From a virus (Duplodnaviria; Heunggongvirae; Uroviricota; Caudoviricetes), in the IMG/VR virus record IMGVR_UViG_2617270974_000008, positions 1 to 47,725 of that record: a DNA stretch of 47,725 nt, one strand, 5' to 3'. Position numbers and translations under genes: made by a program. Every line of letters begins with the position of its first letter. Within the stretch, counting starts at the first letter, position 1. Shown piece after piece: positions 24,110 to 33,840 of the stretch. A model generated the notes under the pieces. That model was not told the origin of the DNA. It saw only the letters and a list, made by a program, of their open reading frames with translations, and did no database searches.

Positions 24110-24629
24110 TCAGCAACCCCGGTATCAGTTCATCCAGCGCGGCTGCTTTGTTCATGGCTTTGATGATATCCCGTTTCAGGAAATCAACATGTCGGTTTTC
24201 CAGTTCCGGAAAACGCCGCTGCACCGACAGGGGGATCCCGTCGAGAATACTGGCAATTTCACCTGCGATCCGCGACAGCACGAAAGTACAGAATGCGGTT
24301 TCCACCACTTCAGCGGAGTCTCTGGCATTTTTCAGCTCCTGTGCGTCGGCCTGCGCACGCGTAAGTCGATGGCGTTCGTACTCAATAGTCCCTGGCTGGA
24401 GATCTGTCTCGCTGGCCTGCCGCAGTTCTTCAACTTCCCGGCGCAGCTTTTCGTTCTCAATTTCAGCATCCCTTTCGGCATACCATTTTATGACGGCGGC
24501 AGAGTCATAAAGCACCTCATTACCCTTGCCACCGCCTCGCAGAACGGGCATTCCCTGTTCCTGCCAGTTCTGAATGGTACGGATACTCGCACCGAAAATG
24601 TCAGCCAGCTGCTTTTTGTTGACTTCCAT
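24084..24629 (-). CDS. Nu1: Terminase small subunit Nu1
   Basis: 181 aa; MEVNKKQLADIFGASIRTIQNWQEQGMP winged-HTH N-terminus as lambda Nu1. Confidence 0.92.
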
Positions 24630-24806
24630 TGTTCATTCCACGGACAAAAACAGAGAAAGGAAACGACAGAGGCCAAAAAGCTCGCTTTCAGCACCTGTCG
24701 TTTCCTTTCTTTTCAGAGGGTATTTTAAATAAAAACATTAAGTTATGACGAAGAAGAACAGAAACGCCTTAAACCGGAAAATTTTCATAAATAGCGAAAA
24801 CCCGCG
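24630..24806 (-). promoter_or_regulatory. cosB-like terminase-binding region between cosN and Nu1
   Basis: 177-bp spacer matching recalled lambda left-end sequence (cosN to Nu1 start is about 178 bp). Confidence 0.6.
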
Positions 24807-24818
24807 AGGTCGCCGCCC
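24807..24818 (-). other. cosN cohesive-end site (12-nt GGGCGGCGACCT on minus strand)
   Basis: Plus strand AGGTCGCCGCCC, revcomp of lambda left cohesive end; flanks reproduce lambda left-end sequence. Confidence 0.85.
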
Positions 24819-25017
24819 CGTAACCTGTCGGATCGCCGGAAAGGACCCGCAAAATGATAATAATTATCATCTATATGTCACAACGTGCATCTACGCCATC
24901 AAACCACGTCAAATAATCAATTATGACGCAGGTATCGTATTAATTGATCTGCATCAACTTAACGTAAAAACAACTTCAGACAATACAAATCAGCGACACT
25001 GAATACGGGGCAACCTC

Positions 25018-25251
25018 ATGTCAACGAAGAACAAAACCCGCAGAACAACAACCCGCAACATCCGCTTTCCTAACCAAATGATTGAACAAATTAACATCGC
25101 TCTTGATCAAAAAGGGTCCGGGAATTTCTCAGCCTGGGTCATTGAAGCCTGCCGCCGGAGACTGTGCTCAGAAAAAAGAGTTTCTCCTGAAGCAAACAAA
25201 GAAAAGAGTGACATTACTGAATTGCTCAGAAAACAGGTCAGACCAGATTGA
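25018..25251 (+). CDS. Small basic protein, YnfO/YlcI-like moron
   Basis: 77-aa ORF opposite to late operon; same length/position as small genes between lysis module and cos in DLP12/Qin-type prophages (recalled). Confidence 0.45.
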   Translation: MSTKNKTRRTTTRNIRFPNQMIEQINIALDQKGSGNFSAWVIEACRRRLCSEKRVSPEANKEKSDITELLRKQVRPD

Positions 25252-25308
25252 AGCAATTTAGATAATCGTGCAGACTACGCCCCCTCATATCACATGGAAG
25301 GTTTATCT

Positions 25309-25719
25309 ATGGATCAGGTAGTCATTTTTAAACAAATATTTGATAAAGTTCGAAACGATTTAAACTATCAATGGTTTTATTCTGAGCTAAAACGTCACAA
25401 TGTCTCACATTACATTTACTATTTAGCCACAGAGAATGTTCATATTGTATTAAAAAATGATAATACAGTGTTATTAAAGGGCCTAAAAAACATTGTGTCT
25501 GTCAAATTTTCAAAGGATAGGCATCTTATAGAAACGACCTCTAATAAGCTGAAATCCAGAGAGATCACATTTCAGGAATACAGAAGAAACCTTGCTAAAG
25601 CAGGAGTTTTTCGGTGGGTTACAAATATCCACGAACAAAAAAGATATTACTATACCTTTGATAATTCATTACTCTTTACTGAAAACATACAGAGCACATC
25701 ACAAATGTTTCCACACTAA
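25309..25719 (+). CDS. DUF1398-like protein (YbcV/YdfO-like moron)
   Basis: ORF 25294..25719; start at ATG 25309 with GGAAGG SD gives 136 aa; family assignment from memory. Confidence 0.5.
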   Translation: MDQVVIFKQIFDKVRNDLNYQWFYSELKRHNVSHYIYYLATENVHIVLKNDNTVLLKGLKNIVSVKFSKDRHLIETTSNKLKSREITFQEYRRNLAKAGVFRWVTNIHEQKRYYYTFDNSLLFTENIQSTSQMFPH

Positions 25720-26021
25720 ACCATAACGTCCGGTTTCTTCTACCCCTGCACCGGACTGGCTGACATGAAGAGCAACCCCGCGTTCAGTTGACGCGTTAAT
25801 AACCCGGTGTGCATCGTTTTTGATTATTCCCGCACACTCACGCAGAAGGAATTCCCCGTCGGGCTACGGTCATGGTTAATGCGGGAATACGGCGACGATA
25901 CAGCGCATGATGTGTCAGGCTTGAATACCTTTATCCGTTAAAAGGGATATCAGTTAAGTTATCCCGTGCAGGGTATAAGCCATTATCAAGCCCCCCGTAG
26001 ATAGGCTTTGTAATGACATCT

Positions 26022-26546
26022 TCAATTAATCAGCAGTTCAGGCTGTGTCACCTGCAAGATGTATTCATGCTCGACAGCCAGGACACGCTTCTCTTTCTTC
26101 CGTTCGTTCATTAACCGACTGCCGATCGTACCTTTCAGCTTTGAGCGTGTTTCTTTGGTGGCGTAGCGGTGCTGCATTTCTTCGCCAATTGCCATGCGGC
26201 GGCTCAGTTGCTCTGCCATCCAGTTGAATGCTGCGATATAGCTCTCCTTGATTGCCGCAGCAGCTTTCCCGGTGAACCCCATCACAACCATGATCCAGCC
26301 ATCTTTCGTCAGGCTGTACATCGGGCGAACCTTGCCCTGCTCATCGATATAATCAGCCGACGCAAAATTGCGTTGGCTAAACTCACGCGAGCAATCAGCC
26401 TTAACCTGCTCGATTTTCCTGAGAACATCACCGTGTCGCTTGCCGAAGTACTTGGCAATTTTTCTGGATGTGGTAACGACCTCTCCGTTTTTGGCTTGCA
26501 CCATTTCTCGGAAGTCGAAGGCTGGAATAACTGAATGATTATTCAT
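26022..26546 (-). CDS. Rha-family phage regulatory protein (antirepressor-like)
   Basis: ORF 26022..26789; start at MNNHSVIPAFDF (ATG 26546); motif ...VVTTSRKIAKYFGKRHGDVLRKIE typical of Rha domain. Confidence 0.65.
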   Translation of the reverse strand: MNNHSVIPAFDFREMVQAKNGEVVTTSRKIAKYFGKRHGDVLRKIEQVKADCSREFSQRNFASADYIDEQGKVRPMYSLTKDGWIMVVMGFTGKAAAAIKESYIAAFNWMAEQLSRRMAIGEEMQHRYATKETRSKLKGTIGSRLMNERKKEKRVLAVEHEYILQVTQPELLIN

Positions 26547-26888
26547 AGCGTCTTTACCTTTTAGAAAGTGAGCCTGTCTCACAGAAAAGCCGCCCGAGAG
26601 AGGTCGCCACCTATAACGGCATTTCTCAGGCTCGCTTACTGAAAGGCTCTCGTTAATATGCGCGTGAGATGCGCTGTGAAATTCAGATATAAAAAGCCCC
26701 GCGAATGCGAGGCTAAATCCTGGTATTTGTAATGAACTGGCTCTTATCTCAACGCAGCCCCTTACTGCGCGCCAGATGCTCAATATCAAGCATCAGCAAT
26801 GAGATGTTTAATCTGGATTTACTCCAGAAGTGATCACCACCCTGTCTACAGAGCCAGATGTGAAGGATGATGAGTAAAATTATTGCTA

Positions 26889-27371
26889 TCATCGAAGGCA
26901 TTGCGTCCTAATGTATTCCTGAAGCGTTCTCAGTGCTGTTTGGTCGCGGATAATTCCGTCCCGGATATCGAGAACGTTTCGTCCAGCAACTGGAGAGAGT
27001 TCGACGGTGGCATCATTGCCCATGCCGGAGGCGCTGGAGGTTTCGGCTGAGGATGGCACAGGGCATTTTCCTTTGACGAGCACCCTGCCACCATTATCAA
27101 GCTTCCGCAGAAGAGCATCATTTTCAGCTTTCGCATCAGCTAACTCCTTCGTGTATTTTGCATCGAGCGCAGCAACATCACGCTGACGCATCTGCATGTC
27201 AGTAATTGCCGCGTTCGCCAGCTTCAGTTCTCTGACATTTTTGTCGCGCTGGGCTTTGTAGGTAATGGCGTTATCGCGGTAATGATTAACAGCCCATGAC
27301 AGGCAGACGATGGTGCAGATAACCAGAGTATAAATAATCGCTGCGACTCTGCTCACTGATCTATCCCCCAA
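26889..27371 (-). CDS. Rz: Rz i-spanin
   Basis: 160 aa; N-terminal TM segment then coiled coil; overlaps endolysin 3' end. Confidence 0.85.
   Translation of the reverse strand: MGDRSVSRVAAIIYTLVICTIVCLSWAVNHYRDNAITYKAQRDKNVRELKLANAAITDMQMRQRDVAALDAKYTKELADAKAENDALLRKLDNGGRVLVKGKCPVPSSAETSSASGMGNDATVELSPVAGRNVLDIRDGIIRDQTALRTLQEYIRTQCLR
26930..27136 (-). CDS. Rz1: Rz1 o-spanin lipoprotein embedded in Rz (+1 frame)
   Basis: 68-aa ORF inside Rz; lipobox LIMVAGC; Pro-rich mature part. Confidence 0.75.
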   Translation of the reverse strand: MRKLKMMLFCGSLIMVAGCSSKENALCHPQPKPPAPPAWAMMPPSNSLQLLDETFSISGTELSATKQH

Positions 27372-27886
27372 CAGGCTAATGCGCTTTCCTGGTCACGACG
27401 AATAACCTGTCCATAGCAGTTATTTGAACGTATGCGGCAATCGCGCCCACCATCTTTTATCCACCAGCGAATCGCCTCGCATGCGCCCTTACGATCACCG
27501 GCATTCAGCCGCTTATAAAACGTCGACGGGAAACACTTACCGGGGCCAATGTTATAGGGACAGAATGACGCTATACCCGCTTTCTGTGGTTCGGTCAGTG
27601 GTACTTTAATATTGCGCTCCACCCATGCCAGCGCCTTATCACGTTCAATAGCGTTAACCTGGTCGCATTTTTCCTTCGACAGCCTCATTCCCGGTATGAC
27701 GGGCTTACCATCCACCATTGTGGCACCACGACAGATGGTCCATATACCGGAACCATCGCGGTATGCCGTTGTGTGGTTACCTTCTTTTTCATCCAGAAAC
27801 TGGTCGAGAATATCAGGCGCAGGCGCACCGACGGCAATCAGTGCCAGAACGGCAGCCGACAGGCCGTATCTGATTTTTGCGTTCAT
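27353..27886 (-). CDS. R: SAR endolysin (phage 21 R-type lysozyme)
   Basis: 177 aa; N-terminal signal-anchor-release segment; lysozyme E...D...T catalytic motif ([16 protein letters not shown]). Confidence 0.9.
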   Translation of the reverse strand: MNAKIRYGLSAAVLALIAVGAPAPDILDQFLDEKEGNHTTAYRDGSGIWTICRGATMVDGKPVIPGMRLSKEKCDQVNAIERDKALAWVERNIKVPLTEPQKAGIASFCPYNIGPGKCFPSTFYKRLNAGDRKGACEAIRWWIKDGGRDCRIRSNNCYGQVIRRDQESALACWGIDQ

Positions 27887-27991
27887 GGATATTTATCAGG
27901 ATTTATCGGTTTCTGAACCCTGGATATGTTTATCTGTCCCGGCCTGTTGAATCAGGCAAGGAATAGTTAAATACAATAGAGAGGATTGTTT

Positions 27992-28264
27992 ATGGACAAT
28001 AGCACCATTTCTCTACAGGAGTTGCTCGACTGCATTTCCAAGCTTCGGGATGATGTAAATGCCCTTACTGTCGCATTTTCATATCTGGCATTCTCAATTC
28101 CCAAGGAACAAATGCAACCAACACTGGCATCGCTCCAGCTTGAATCACTCAACCCCAAATGGTCCCAGCAACAACAAAATTCTTTCAAGTGGCTGGCGGT
28201 ATTACTGGAAGAAAAATATGCTGGTGAAATTACCATTTCGGCGGAGTCTTCAGTGAACCAGTAA
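27992..28264 (+). CDS. Hypothetical protein encoded opposite to the lysis operon
   Basis: 90 aa; ATG 27992 with GAGAGGA 6 nt upstream; competing minus ORF looks non-protein-like. Confidence 0.4.
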   Translation: MDNSTISLQELLDCISKLRDDVNALTVAFSYLAFSIPKEQMQPTLASLQLESLNPKWSQQQQNSFKWLAVLLEEKYAGEITISAESSVNQ

Positions 28265-28574
28265 TTCTTCCCGGCAGTTTTCCTTTGTAGGTTATCCACA
28301 CACCCTGCGCCTCTAAAATTATGGGGCGCTTTTCCGGTGACTGCTCATCCCCTTCACATAACCCGGCAGCAACATCCAGGAAGACCTGTCTGATGCTCCT
28401 TCTGGCTGCTGCCTCATAAAACTCCAGCGCGGCACCTTCAACACGGTCCAGCGAGATGTCCAGGTCTAAAATTTCACCGTCAAAGCGTTTTTTGTCCCGT
28501 AACGCTAAAGTTACCGTAACTTTATTCTCAAAATTGCGGATCCCTTTCACAATCAGTTCATAGTTTTGAGTCAT
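28230..28574 (-). CDS. DUF1327-like protein between holin and endolysin (YdfR-like)
   Basis: 114 aa; ATG 4 nt after holin stop with GGGGAGAG SD; family from memory. Confidence 0.55.
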   Translation of the reverse strand: MTQNYELIVKGIRNFENKVTVTLALRDKKRFDGEILDLDISLDRVEGAALEFYEAAARRSIRQVFLDVAAGLCEGDEQSPEKRPIILEAQGVWITYKGKLPGRITGSLKTPPKW

Positions 28575-28578
28575 TGAA

Positions 28579-28794
28579 TTACTCTCCCCGTGCCGCCTTA
28601 CGACGGTCCTCTCTGATTTTGAAATACAGGTTAGTCAGATATGTCAGCAGCCCAAACAGCAGACTTCCCAGCACGCCTATTGCCGCCCACTGAGACGGGG
28701 AAACCCTGTCCAGCAACTGCAGGAACCAGTAGCCCGTTCCCACCGCTGACGTGGTGTATGACACACCTGTTGTGATTTTTTCCATCTGGTCCAT
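28579..28794 (-). CDS. S: Class II pinholin (S21-like) with dual-start motif
   Basis: ORF 28579..28899; start at [10 protein letters not shown]... gives 71 aa with two TM segments and basic C-terminus; Met1/Met4 dual start. Confidence 0.8.
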   Translation of the reverse strand: MDQMEKITTGVSYTTSAVGTGYWFLQLLDRVSPSQWAAIGVLGSLLFGLLTYLTNLYFKIREDRRKAARGE

Positions 28795-29101
28795 ACCCCG
28801 TCTCCCGTTATCCGGAAGCTGACAACAATAAAAAAGCCACCAGTTAACTACTGATGGCTCTGATAACTCATGCAAGCGTCTCAGACGACCCACTGACACT
28901 ACCGGTGAGTTTAACGATACCTTCCATTTGACTGGCTCACTTTTTATGATGATGCCGGTGCATTTATCTCCAGCGCCAGACTTTCTATCTCAACGCCATA
29001 CGTTGCATTTTTGGTAATATCCGTCAGCGTCAGTGCATTTAGTCCCACTGCCAGACTGTCTTTTATGGCCTGGAATGCCGGGCCAGTACGATGACGTAGT
29101 A

Positions 29102-29290
29102 TCACTCCGGCTCAGTTGCACCACTGACCACCACATCACCTTCTGCTGCAATCGCCTGCATCAGGGTATAAGGGGTTATGGCCACCGGACTACCAAACGG
29201 CTGCCAGCCCTCTTTCAGTTTATGTGTTAGCTTTTCCGCAAGATCTGACGGCGGCGCCGCCCTGACAACATCATAGTGTTTAAATGCCAT
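29102..29290 (-). CDS. Small hypothetical protein (DUF1737-like) upstream of holin
   Basis: ORF 29102..29302; ATG at 29290 (MAFKHYDVV...); family from memory. Confidence 0.45.
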   Translation of the reverse strand: MAFKHYDVVRAAPPSDLAEKLTHKLKEGWQPFGSPVAITPYTLMQAIAAEGDVVVSGATEPE

Positions 29291-29550
29291 GGTTCTTTCC
29301 ACTATCTGAAAAATAATTCTTTAAAATACCTGACATGTAATACAGAAAAAACACAAAACTATACCTTAAATAAAAACCTGATTATCAAGCAGATATGCAT
29401 GGATAAACTACAAGACGAGATATAAACCACCCTGCATTTAAATAAACAATAAACAACATCAGAAAAATAATTCTGCTCTATGGTTTACATTCAAAAATAT
29501 CATTTATACTTTTCAGGACATCACCAGCAAGGCATAAACAAGGAAACCAA

Positions 29551-29886
29551 ATGAAGTGGATTGTGATTGATACAGTTATCCAGCCATCATGCGGAATATC
29601 TTTTTCAGTCATATGGAGTAAAATAAAATTAATAATCTGGTATCAATCGGATGCTTTCTTACCTCCTGAAAGTATATTTACACTGACTCACACAGGCATC
29701 ATGCTCAATAACAAAGTGCTACCTGTAACCATTTACAACGTAGTACCATTCAATAAAACATTCTGGAATTTAATCAAAAACAGCCAGGAATGCCCTACAA
29801 ATACAGATAACGTATTGAATGAATGCTTTAATAACCGTTGCACTCTGCAAATATGTCCTTATGGACTAAAACAACAAAGTCCATAA
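29551..29886 (+). CDS. Hypothetical protein in AT-rich moron patch
   Basis: 111 aa; AGGA SD before ATG; Cys-containing; no family recognised. Confidence 0.4.
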   Translation: MKWIVIDTVIQPSCGISFSVIWSKIKLIIWYQSDAFLPPESIFTLTHTGIMLNNKVLPVTIYNVVPFNKTFWNLIKNSQECPTNTDNVLNECFNNRCTLQICPYGLKQQSP

Positions 29887-29905
29887 GGAGTTTACTCACA
29901 TCTGA

Positions 29906-29940
29906 CAAAATCAATATAAACAGCCCCTCCGGAGAGGGGC
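29906..29940 (-). terminator. Hairpin terminator (GC stem plus T-run on minus strand)
   Basis: gcccctc-cgga-gaggggc stem; minus strand followed by tttatattgatttt. Confidence 0.45.
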
Positions 29941-30333
29941 TGGAGAGTGGCGCTATGTGCCATTGCATGGTGCCGGGTGCCTCCCGGTGAATTCAGTACC
30001 AGCACCTGAATCCGCGATTATCCCATATACCTACTCGCTGATTGCCCCTCCGCACAGGGGGATTCACCATGCCAGTTTCTTTTAACAAACTCCCCGCAAA
30101 CCAGACAACAGTCAACCGCCTGAATTGTGAAGTATTTAAAAATTTCTCCCGCTAACTGATACCCGGCGAACAGTCTGGCGTTTTCTTTTTCAGCAACGGA
30201 AAAGCAACAACCACCACACCTGCCACCAGCACACCGTCAGCCAGCACTGACATTATCCGGCTGCTGCAATGCCATTCACAAAAACAGTAAGCAATCACTT
30301 TTTACCGTAACAGGTGATAATCCAGATATGTAT

Positions 30334-30687
30334 CTACCCCAGATGAGTAATCCGAAGTTCATCCATACCACAGGTCCTGGCTATTCTGTTGTACTCCTGA
30401 ACAAGAGCAAATAATTCTGAATTAGCAACCATGAACTCATCGCTAACCCTCTGTATAGCATCACTATTCAGAATAATAACGTCTCTTCCCGAAAGACGAT
30501 CAGGAGTACAAAACAAAACTGTCAAACGGCTGAAGGCCTTTGCTCGTGCTGCATTGACTATATCAATACGCTGCCTAAGGATGAAACACCCCGACGCCTC
30601 ATCAATATTCACTCTACCCACACCATATGAATGATAAATATTTAATGCTGAAAAAACCATTAGACCGTATAACAAACACTCAATCAA
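30334..30687 (-). CDS. Hypothetical protein in AT-rich moron patch (uncertain)
   Basis: 117-aa ORF; non-ATG start at ORF top, internal ATG lacks clear SD. Confidence 0.3.
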   Translation of the reverse strand: MIECLLYGLMVFSALNIYHSYGVGRVNIDEASGCFILRQRIDIVNAARAKAFSRLTVLFCTPDRLSGRDVIILNSDAIQRVSDEFMVANSELFALVQEYNRIARTCGMDELRITHLG

Positions 30688-30797
30688 TACTTAACAGAAC
30701 TTTTATTTTTGACAAACATATAATATTTTCAACAATATCCTGAGCCAGGTATATTCCAGTATAAGGCTCTGCCGGAAGGAATCTGGAAGAATGAATA

Positions 30798-30874
30798 TGG
30801 CGCGTTGTACTGGATTCGAACCACTGACCGATTGCTTAGAAGGCAATTGCTCTGTCCTGCTGAGCTAACAACGC
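30798..30874 (-). tRNA. tRNA-Arg (anticodon UCU)
   Basis: 77-nt cloverleaf folded by eye: 7-bp acceptor, anticodon stem ATTGC/GCAAT with loop CTTCTAA, T-loop TTCGAAT, 3' CCA. Confidence 0.85.
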
Positions 30875-30887
30875 AGAATACCGATAA

Positions 30888-30964
30888 TGGACCACCATCG
30901 GGGACCCGAACTCCGCGCAACCAGCTTCGAAAGCTGGCGCTCTTTCCTGATGAGCTAATGGCGG
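30888..30964 (-). tRNA. tRNA-Arg (anticodon UCG as read)
   Basis: 77-nt cloverleaf: anticodon stem CCAGC/GCTGG, loop TTTCGAA, acceptor with one G-U pair, CCA end. Confidence 0.75.
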
Positions 30965-30971
30965 TATGTGA

Positions 30972-31047
30972 TGGTGGCCCTTGCTGGATTTGAACCAGCG
31001 ACCTGGCGATTATGAGTCGCTCGCTCTCACCACTGAGCTAAAGGGCC
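30972..31047 (-). tRNA. tRNA with CAU anticodon (Met or lysidine-type Ile2)
   Basis: 76-nt cloverleaf: acceptor GGCCCTT/AAGGGCC, anticodon loop CTCATAA, T-loop TTCAAAT, CCA end. Confidence 0.85.
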
Positions 31048-31085
31048 GGGAGCAGAATAATAACGGTCCGTAATTAATTCCGCAA

Positions 31086-31108
31086 TAAAAAACCCGCTCG
31101 GCGGCGGG
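31086..31108 (-). terminator. Intrinsic terminator downstream of late promoter (tR'-like)
   Basis: Minus strand cccgc-cgccga-gcggg hairpin followed by ttttttatt. Confidence 0.55.
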
Positions 31109-31157
31109 TTGTAGAAACTCTTCTAACGTCAGGCATAAAAAGCCCATCGTTATGACG

Positions 31158-31185
31158 AATTTACCACAGATTCCGGAAAAATCAA
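31158..31185 (-). promoter_or_regulatory. Candidate late promoter PR' just downstream of Q
   Basis: Minus strand TTGATT-16 nt-TAAATT starting about 6 nt after Q stop. Confidence 0.45.
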
Positions 31186-31190
31186 CCTTG

Positions 31191-32012
31191 TTACCTAGTT
31201 ACCTTTTTTAACTGCCGCTCAGCCCATGCTTCTTCAATATCAAACCGGGTCACCAGCGCATCATAGAATTTCTTAACTGTTTTTTCCCATGACGCGCGTG
31301 TTATCTGGTTTGTCACCTCGCATATAGCATTAAATACCTCCGTTGATGGTAGTCTTTCATAGCCACGACCACCACAACGCTGGCAGTCTCTGATAACAGG
31401 CATACCACGTTTTACCGACTCTTCACGGTGAATGGCGACACCACGCCCACGGCAATCCTTACAGGCGGTGGAAACCTCACCCTTTCCGCCACACTCCGGA
31501 CAGGCAACTTTTACCACCTCCCTGACTTTTTTCCATTCTTCCCAGTAAGACGGATACACACCTTTCGTACACTTTGCCCATACCGGCGGCTTACCATCCG
31601 GATACTGGACCTTGTTTGTAAAAACTACGCTTTCAATAAATTTTTCCCCATAGCAACAAGGGCACTGCTTTTTACTCGCTGCGCTGCGGGCATAATCCTC
31701 AAAAGCGTACGAAGCCATAATGCGCATCACTACCGGTTTTATTTCTGCCGGAAGTTTTCTCAACGCCGCCACACGATCGCACCGACTGAGTGCATAATCT
31801 GCCAGTAATTCTGTTGCCCGCGCCCTGTCATTCATACTGATGCCCATTTTCCCCAGGAACGCAGAAAAACCCATCTCAGCCCGATTCTGTGTCATGCCCT
31901 GCGCGGCCATCACATCAGTGATACTCAGCGCATCTTTTGACGTTGAGGCCGATGCATCGGTCAGGCCAGGGGATTTTGGGGAGTAGTATTTCGGTAAATC
32001 TTCCAGTTTCAT
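31191..32012 (-). CDS. Q: Late-gene antitermination protein Q (non-lambda Q family with zinc-binding CxxC motifs)
   Basis: 273 aa; several CxxC pairs (CPCCYGEK, CPECGGKGE, CQRCGGRG); immediately upstream of promoter/terminator and tRNAs. Confidence 0.8.
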   Translation of the reverse strand: MKLEDLPKYYSPKSPGLTDASASTSKDALSITDVMAAQGMTQNRAEMGFSAFLGKMGISMNDRARATELLADYALSRCDRVAALRKLPAEIKPVVMRIMASYAFEDYARSAASKKQCPCCYGEKFIESVVFTNKVQYPDGKPPVWAKCTKGVYPSYWEEWKKVREVVKVACPECGGKGEVSTACKDCRGRGVAIHREESVKRGMPVIRDCQRCGGRGYERLPSTEVFNAICEVTNQITRASWEKTVKKFYDALVTRFDIEEAWAERQLKKVTR

Positions 32013-32026
32013 TTTTTGACCTGCTC

Positions 32027-32383
32027 TTAATGCATTATGGGGTAAATCTTCACCCCCAGACGTCCACCAGATACTGGCTGACCACGAACGATATTGATTT
32101 CATCAAACTGCTCATCGTCCATTAACACTCCCGCATGCGTCAGCGCATCCAGCGGTGCTTTCAGGATATTGTCCAGGTCGCGACGACGCTTATCCGGTGG
32201 CTCTGCAATCACCTTTATCGCCAGCCTTCCGGACAGGCTTAATTTCAGCTGCTGCTGGCGAACAATAAGCGCCACAGCCCGGCGATAACGCTTTCCCTCC
32301 TCCGAGATAAAATATGTGCTGCCACGGCGTCGCCAGTAAGTGTTCACCGTCGGCGGGTAAGGTAAAACCAAATCTATGAGCAT
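32027..32383 (-). CDS. rusA: Holliday junction resolvase RusA
   Basis: 118 aa; ...PDKRRRDLDNILKAPLDAL... matches RusA catalytic core. Confidence 0.9.
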   Translation of the reverse strand: MLIDLVLPYPPTVNTYWRRRGSTYFISEEGKRYRRAVALIVRQQQLKLSLSGRLAIKVIAEPPDKRRRDLDNILKAPLDALTHAGVLMDDEQFDEINIVRGQPVSGGRLGVKIYPIMH

Positions 32384-32395
32384 CAGTCACCTCTT

Positions 32396-33517
32396 TTACC
32401 CAAGCACGCCAGTTGCAAAGGCGTGATCAAGAAAACGAAAAATTAAATCAACCTGAGAACCATGCTTTTCTTCGAACGCCAGCGGATCCGCATGAAGCTC
32501 GTTGTGATGCTCCCGACACAGCGGTAGCGTGAAAATATCGTGAGATTTTGTCCCCATTCCGCCCTGACCATGACCAATCAGGTGATGGGGATCGTCGGCT
32601 GGCTTACCACAACACGCACACGGCTGTGTCTTCACCCAGCGTGTGTATTTCTCGTTAACCCAGCGGCGACGTTTAGGTCGTTTCATGAAAGATTCCGGAG
32701 ACTCAGGATCAACGGCAATGCTGACCACCGTCTTTTCCTGTGGTGGGTTCTGTTGCTGGTGGGCGTGAAGCAGCGGCGCAAGATTTTTTGTGCGCTGCTT
32801 CAGTATGCTGGTGGCGGTCTGCTCTCCCGGTACGATGTCGCTTTCACGGTACATTGAGCGGATTTTTTCCGCACGCAACCCCAGCGAACGACGTAATACC
32901 GCTTCCGGTAGCGCGTCCGCCACCTGATTGCGGACCGCCCACCAGGATAATTCAGCCAGCGATAATTCCCGTTCCTGCGAGCCATTCATTGCATGGCGTA
33001 TGACGTCAATCATCCATGCAGACAGGTTTTGGTGAGCAAGTTGCCCGAGTGATTCGGAGGTCTGGTCGCGCAGCTGGTTGTCGCAGTGCCAGCACAACAC
33101 CATTGCGCCGGTACCATAACGGTGAATGACGGTTTCACTGTGGTGATAATCGCCGTGTGGCCACTGGCAGGATTTAACATGGCGCAGTAACCAGTCAGAC
33201 AATGCGCCAGCACCACCAGCAGCACGAATCACTCGTTCGTCGCTGAAAAATGGCAGTAATGATTTATCCTCCGCCAGCGGCTGGCGAACGGCAGGAACGA
33301 CCCCGGACGGCAGATTACGCATGCTTTTCGGTTCCGGCTCCACCAGTACCCGGGTATTGTGGAATACCGGCATGGATTCACGGCCCGGCTTAACGATCAC
33401 CAGCCCGAGTTCCGGTACCAGAACAGGTCGAAGTAATACCCGCACGTTACCTCCAGATGCGTTGCTGGAATGTGCGGGACGGACGCGGTGGGCGTTCGGA
33501 ATAAGGGAGCCTGACAT
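32396..33517 (-). CDS. DUF968-family protein with C-terminal HNH-like zinc finger
   Basis: 373-aa ORF (start may be internal); C-terminal CACCGK...HHLIGHGQGG...CREHHNELH motif. Confidence 0.65.
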   Translation of the reverse strand: MSGSLIPNAHRVRPAHSSNASGGNVRVLLRPVLVPELGLVIVKPGRESMPVFHNTRVLVEPEPKSMRNLPSGVVPAVRQPLAEDKSLLPFFSDERVIRAAGGAGALSDWLLRHVKSCQWPHGDYHHSETVIHRYGTGAMVLCWHCDNQLRDQTSESLGQLAHQNLSAWMIDVIRHAMNGSQERELSLAELSWWAVRNQVADALPEAVLRRSLGLRAEKIRSMYRESDIVPGEQTATSILKQRTKNLAPLLHAHQQQNPPQEKTVVSIAVDPESPESFMKRPKRRRWVNEKYTRWVKTQPCACCGKPADDPHHLIGHGQGGMGTKSHDIFTLPLCREHHNELHADPLAFEEKHGSQVDLIFRFLDHAFATGVLG

Positions 33518-33806
33518 AGATTATCCAGTGACGATAATCGAGGCTGAGGGCTTTCTTAACCTCGTATCCGCGCCTGCGGTAACACTGAATTATCCATTCC
33601 GCCTGCTCTTCAGTGCATGGAGGATGCTGGAACCAGTCTGATTTGAATACGTGAAAACGCCGTCCGCGCCTGCTGGCAAAGACGGCAGAATCATTAGAAT
33701 TGTGTAATTTGGTATCGTGCGCCATCGGTTGTCTCTGCTGGCGCAGCAGGTGCCAGTTGTTCAGGCTGGCGTGCGTATTGTAAACCAGAATGCCAGGAAA
33801 AAACAA
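33447..33806 (-). CDS. Hypothetical protein (start uncertain)
   Basis: 119-aa ORF between MTase and DUF968 gene; overlaps next ORF; internal ATG at about 33725. Confidence 0.35.
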   Translation of the reverse strand: MFFPGILVYNTHASLNNWHLLRQQRQPMAHDTKLHNSNDSAVFASRRGRRFHVFKSDWFQHPPCTEEQAEWIIQCYRRRGYEVKKALSLDYRHWIIYVRLPYSERPPRPSRTFQQRIWR

Positions 33807-33840
33807 AACCCGCCGAAGCGGGTTTTTTGTACATATAGAA

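Noticed and set aside
27967-28299. 110-aa minus-strand ORF between endolysin and DUF1327-like gene
   Set aside because: No SD, Cys/Ser-rich junk-like sequence; overlapping plus-strand ORF has a strong SD and plausible composition.
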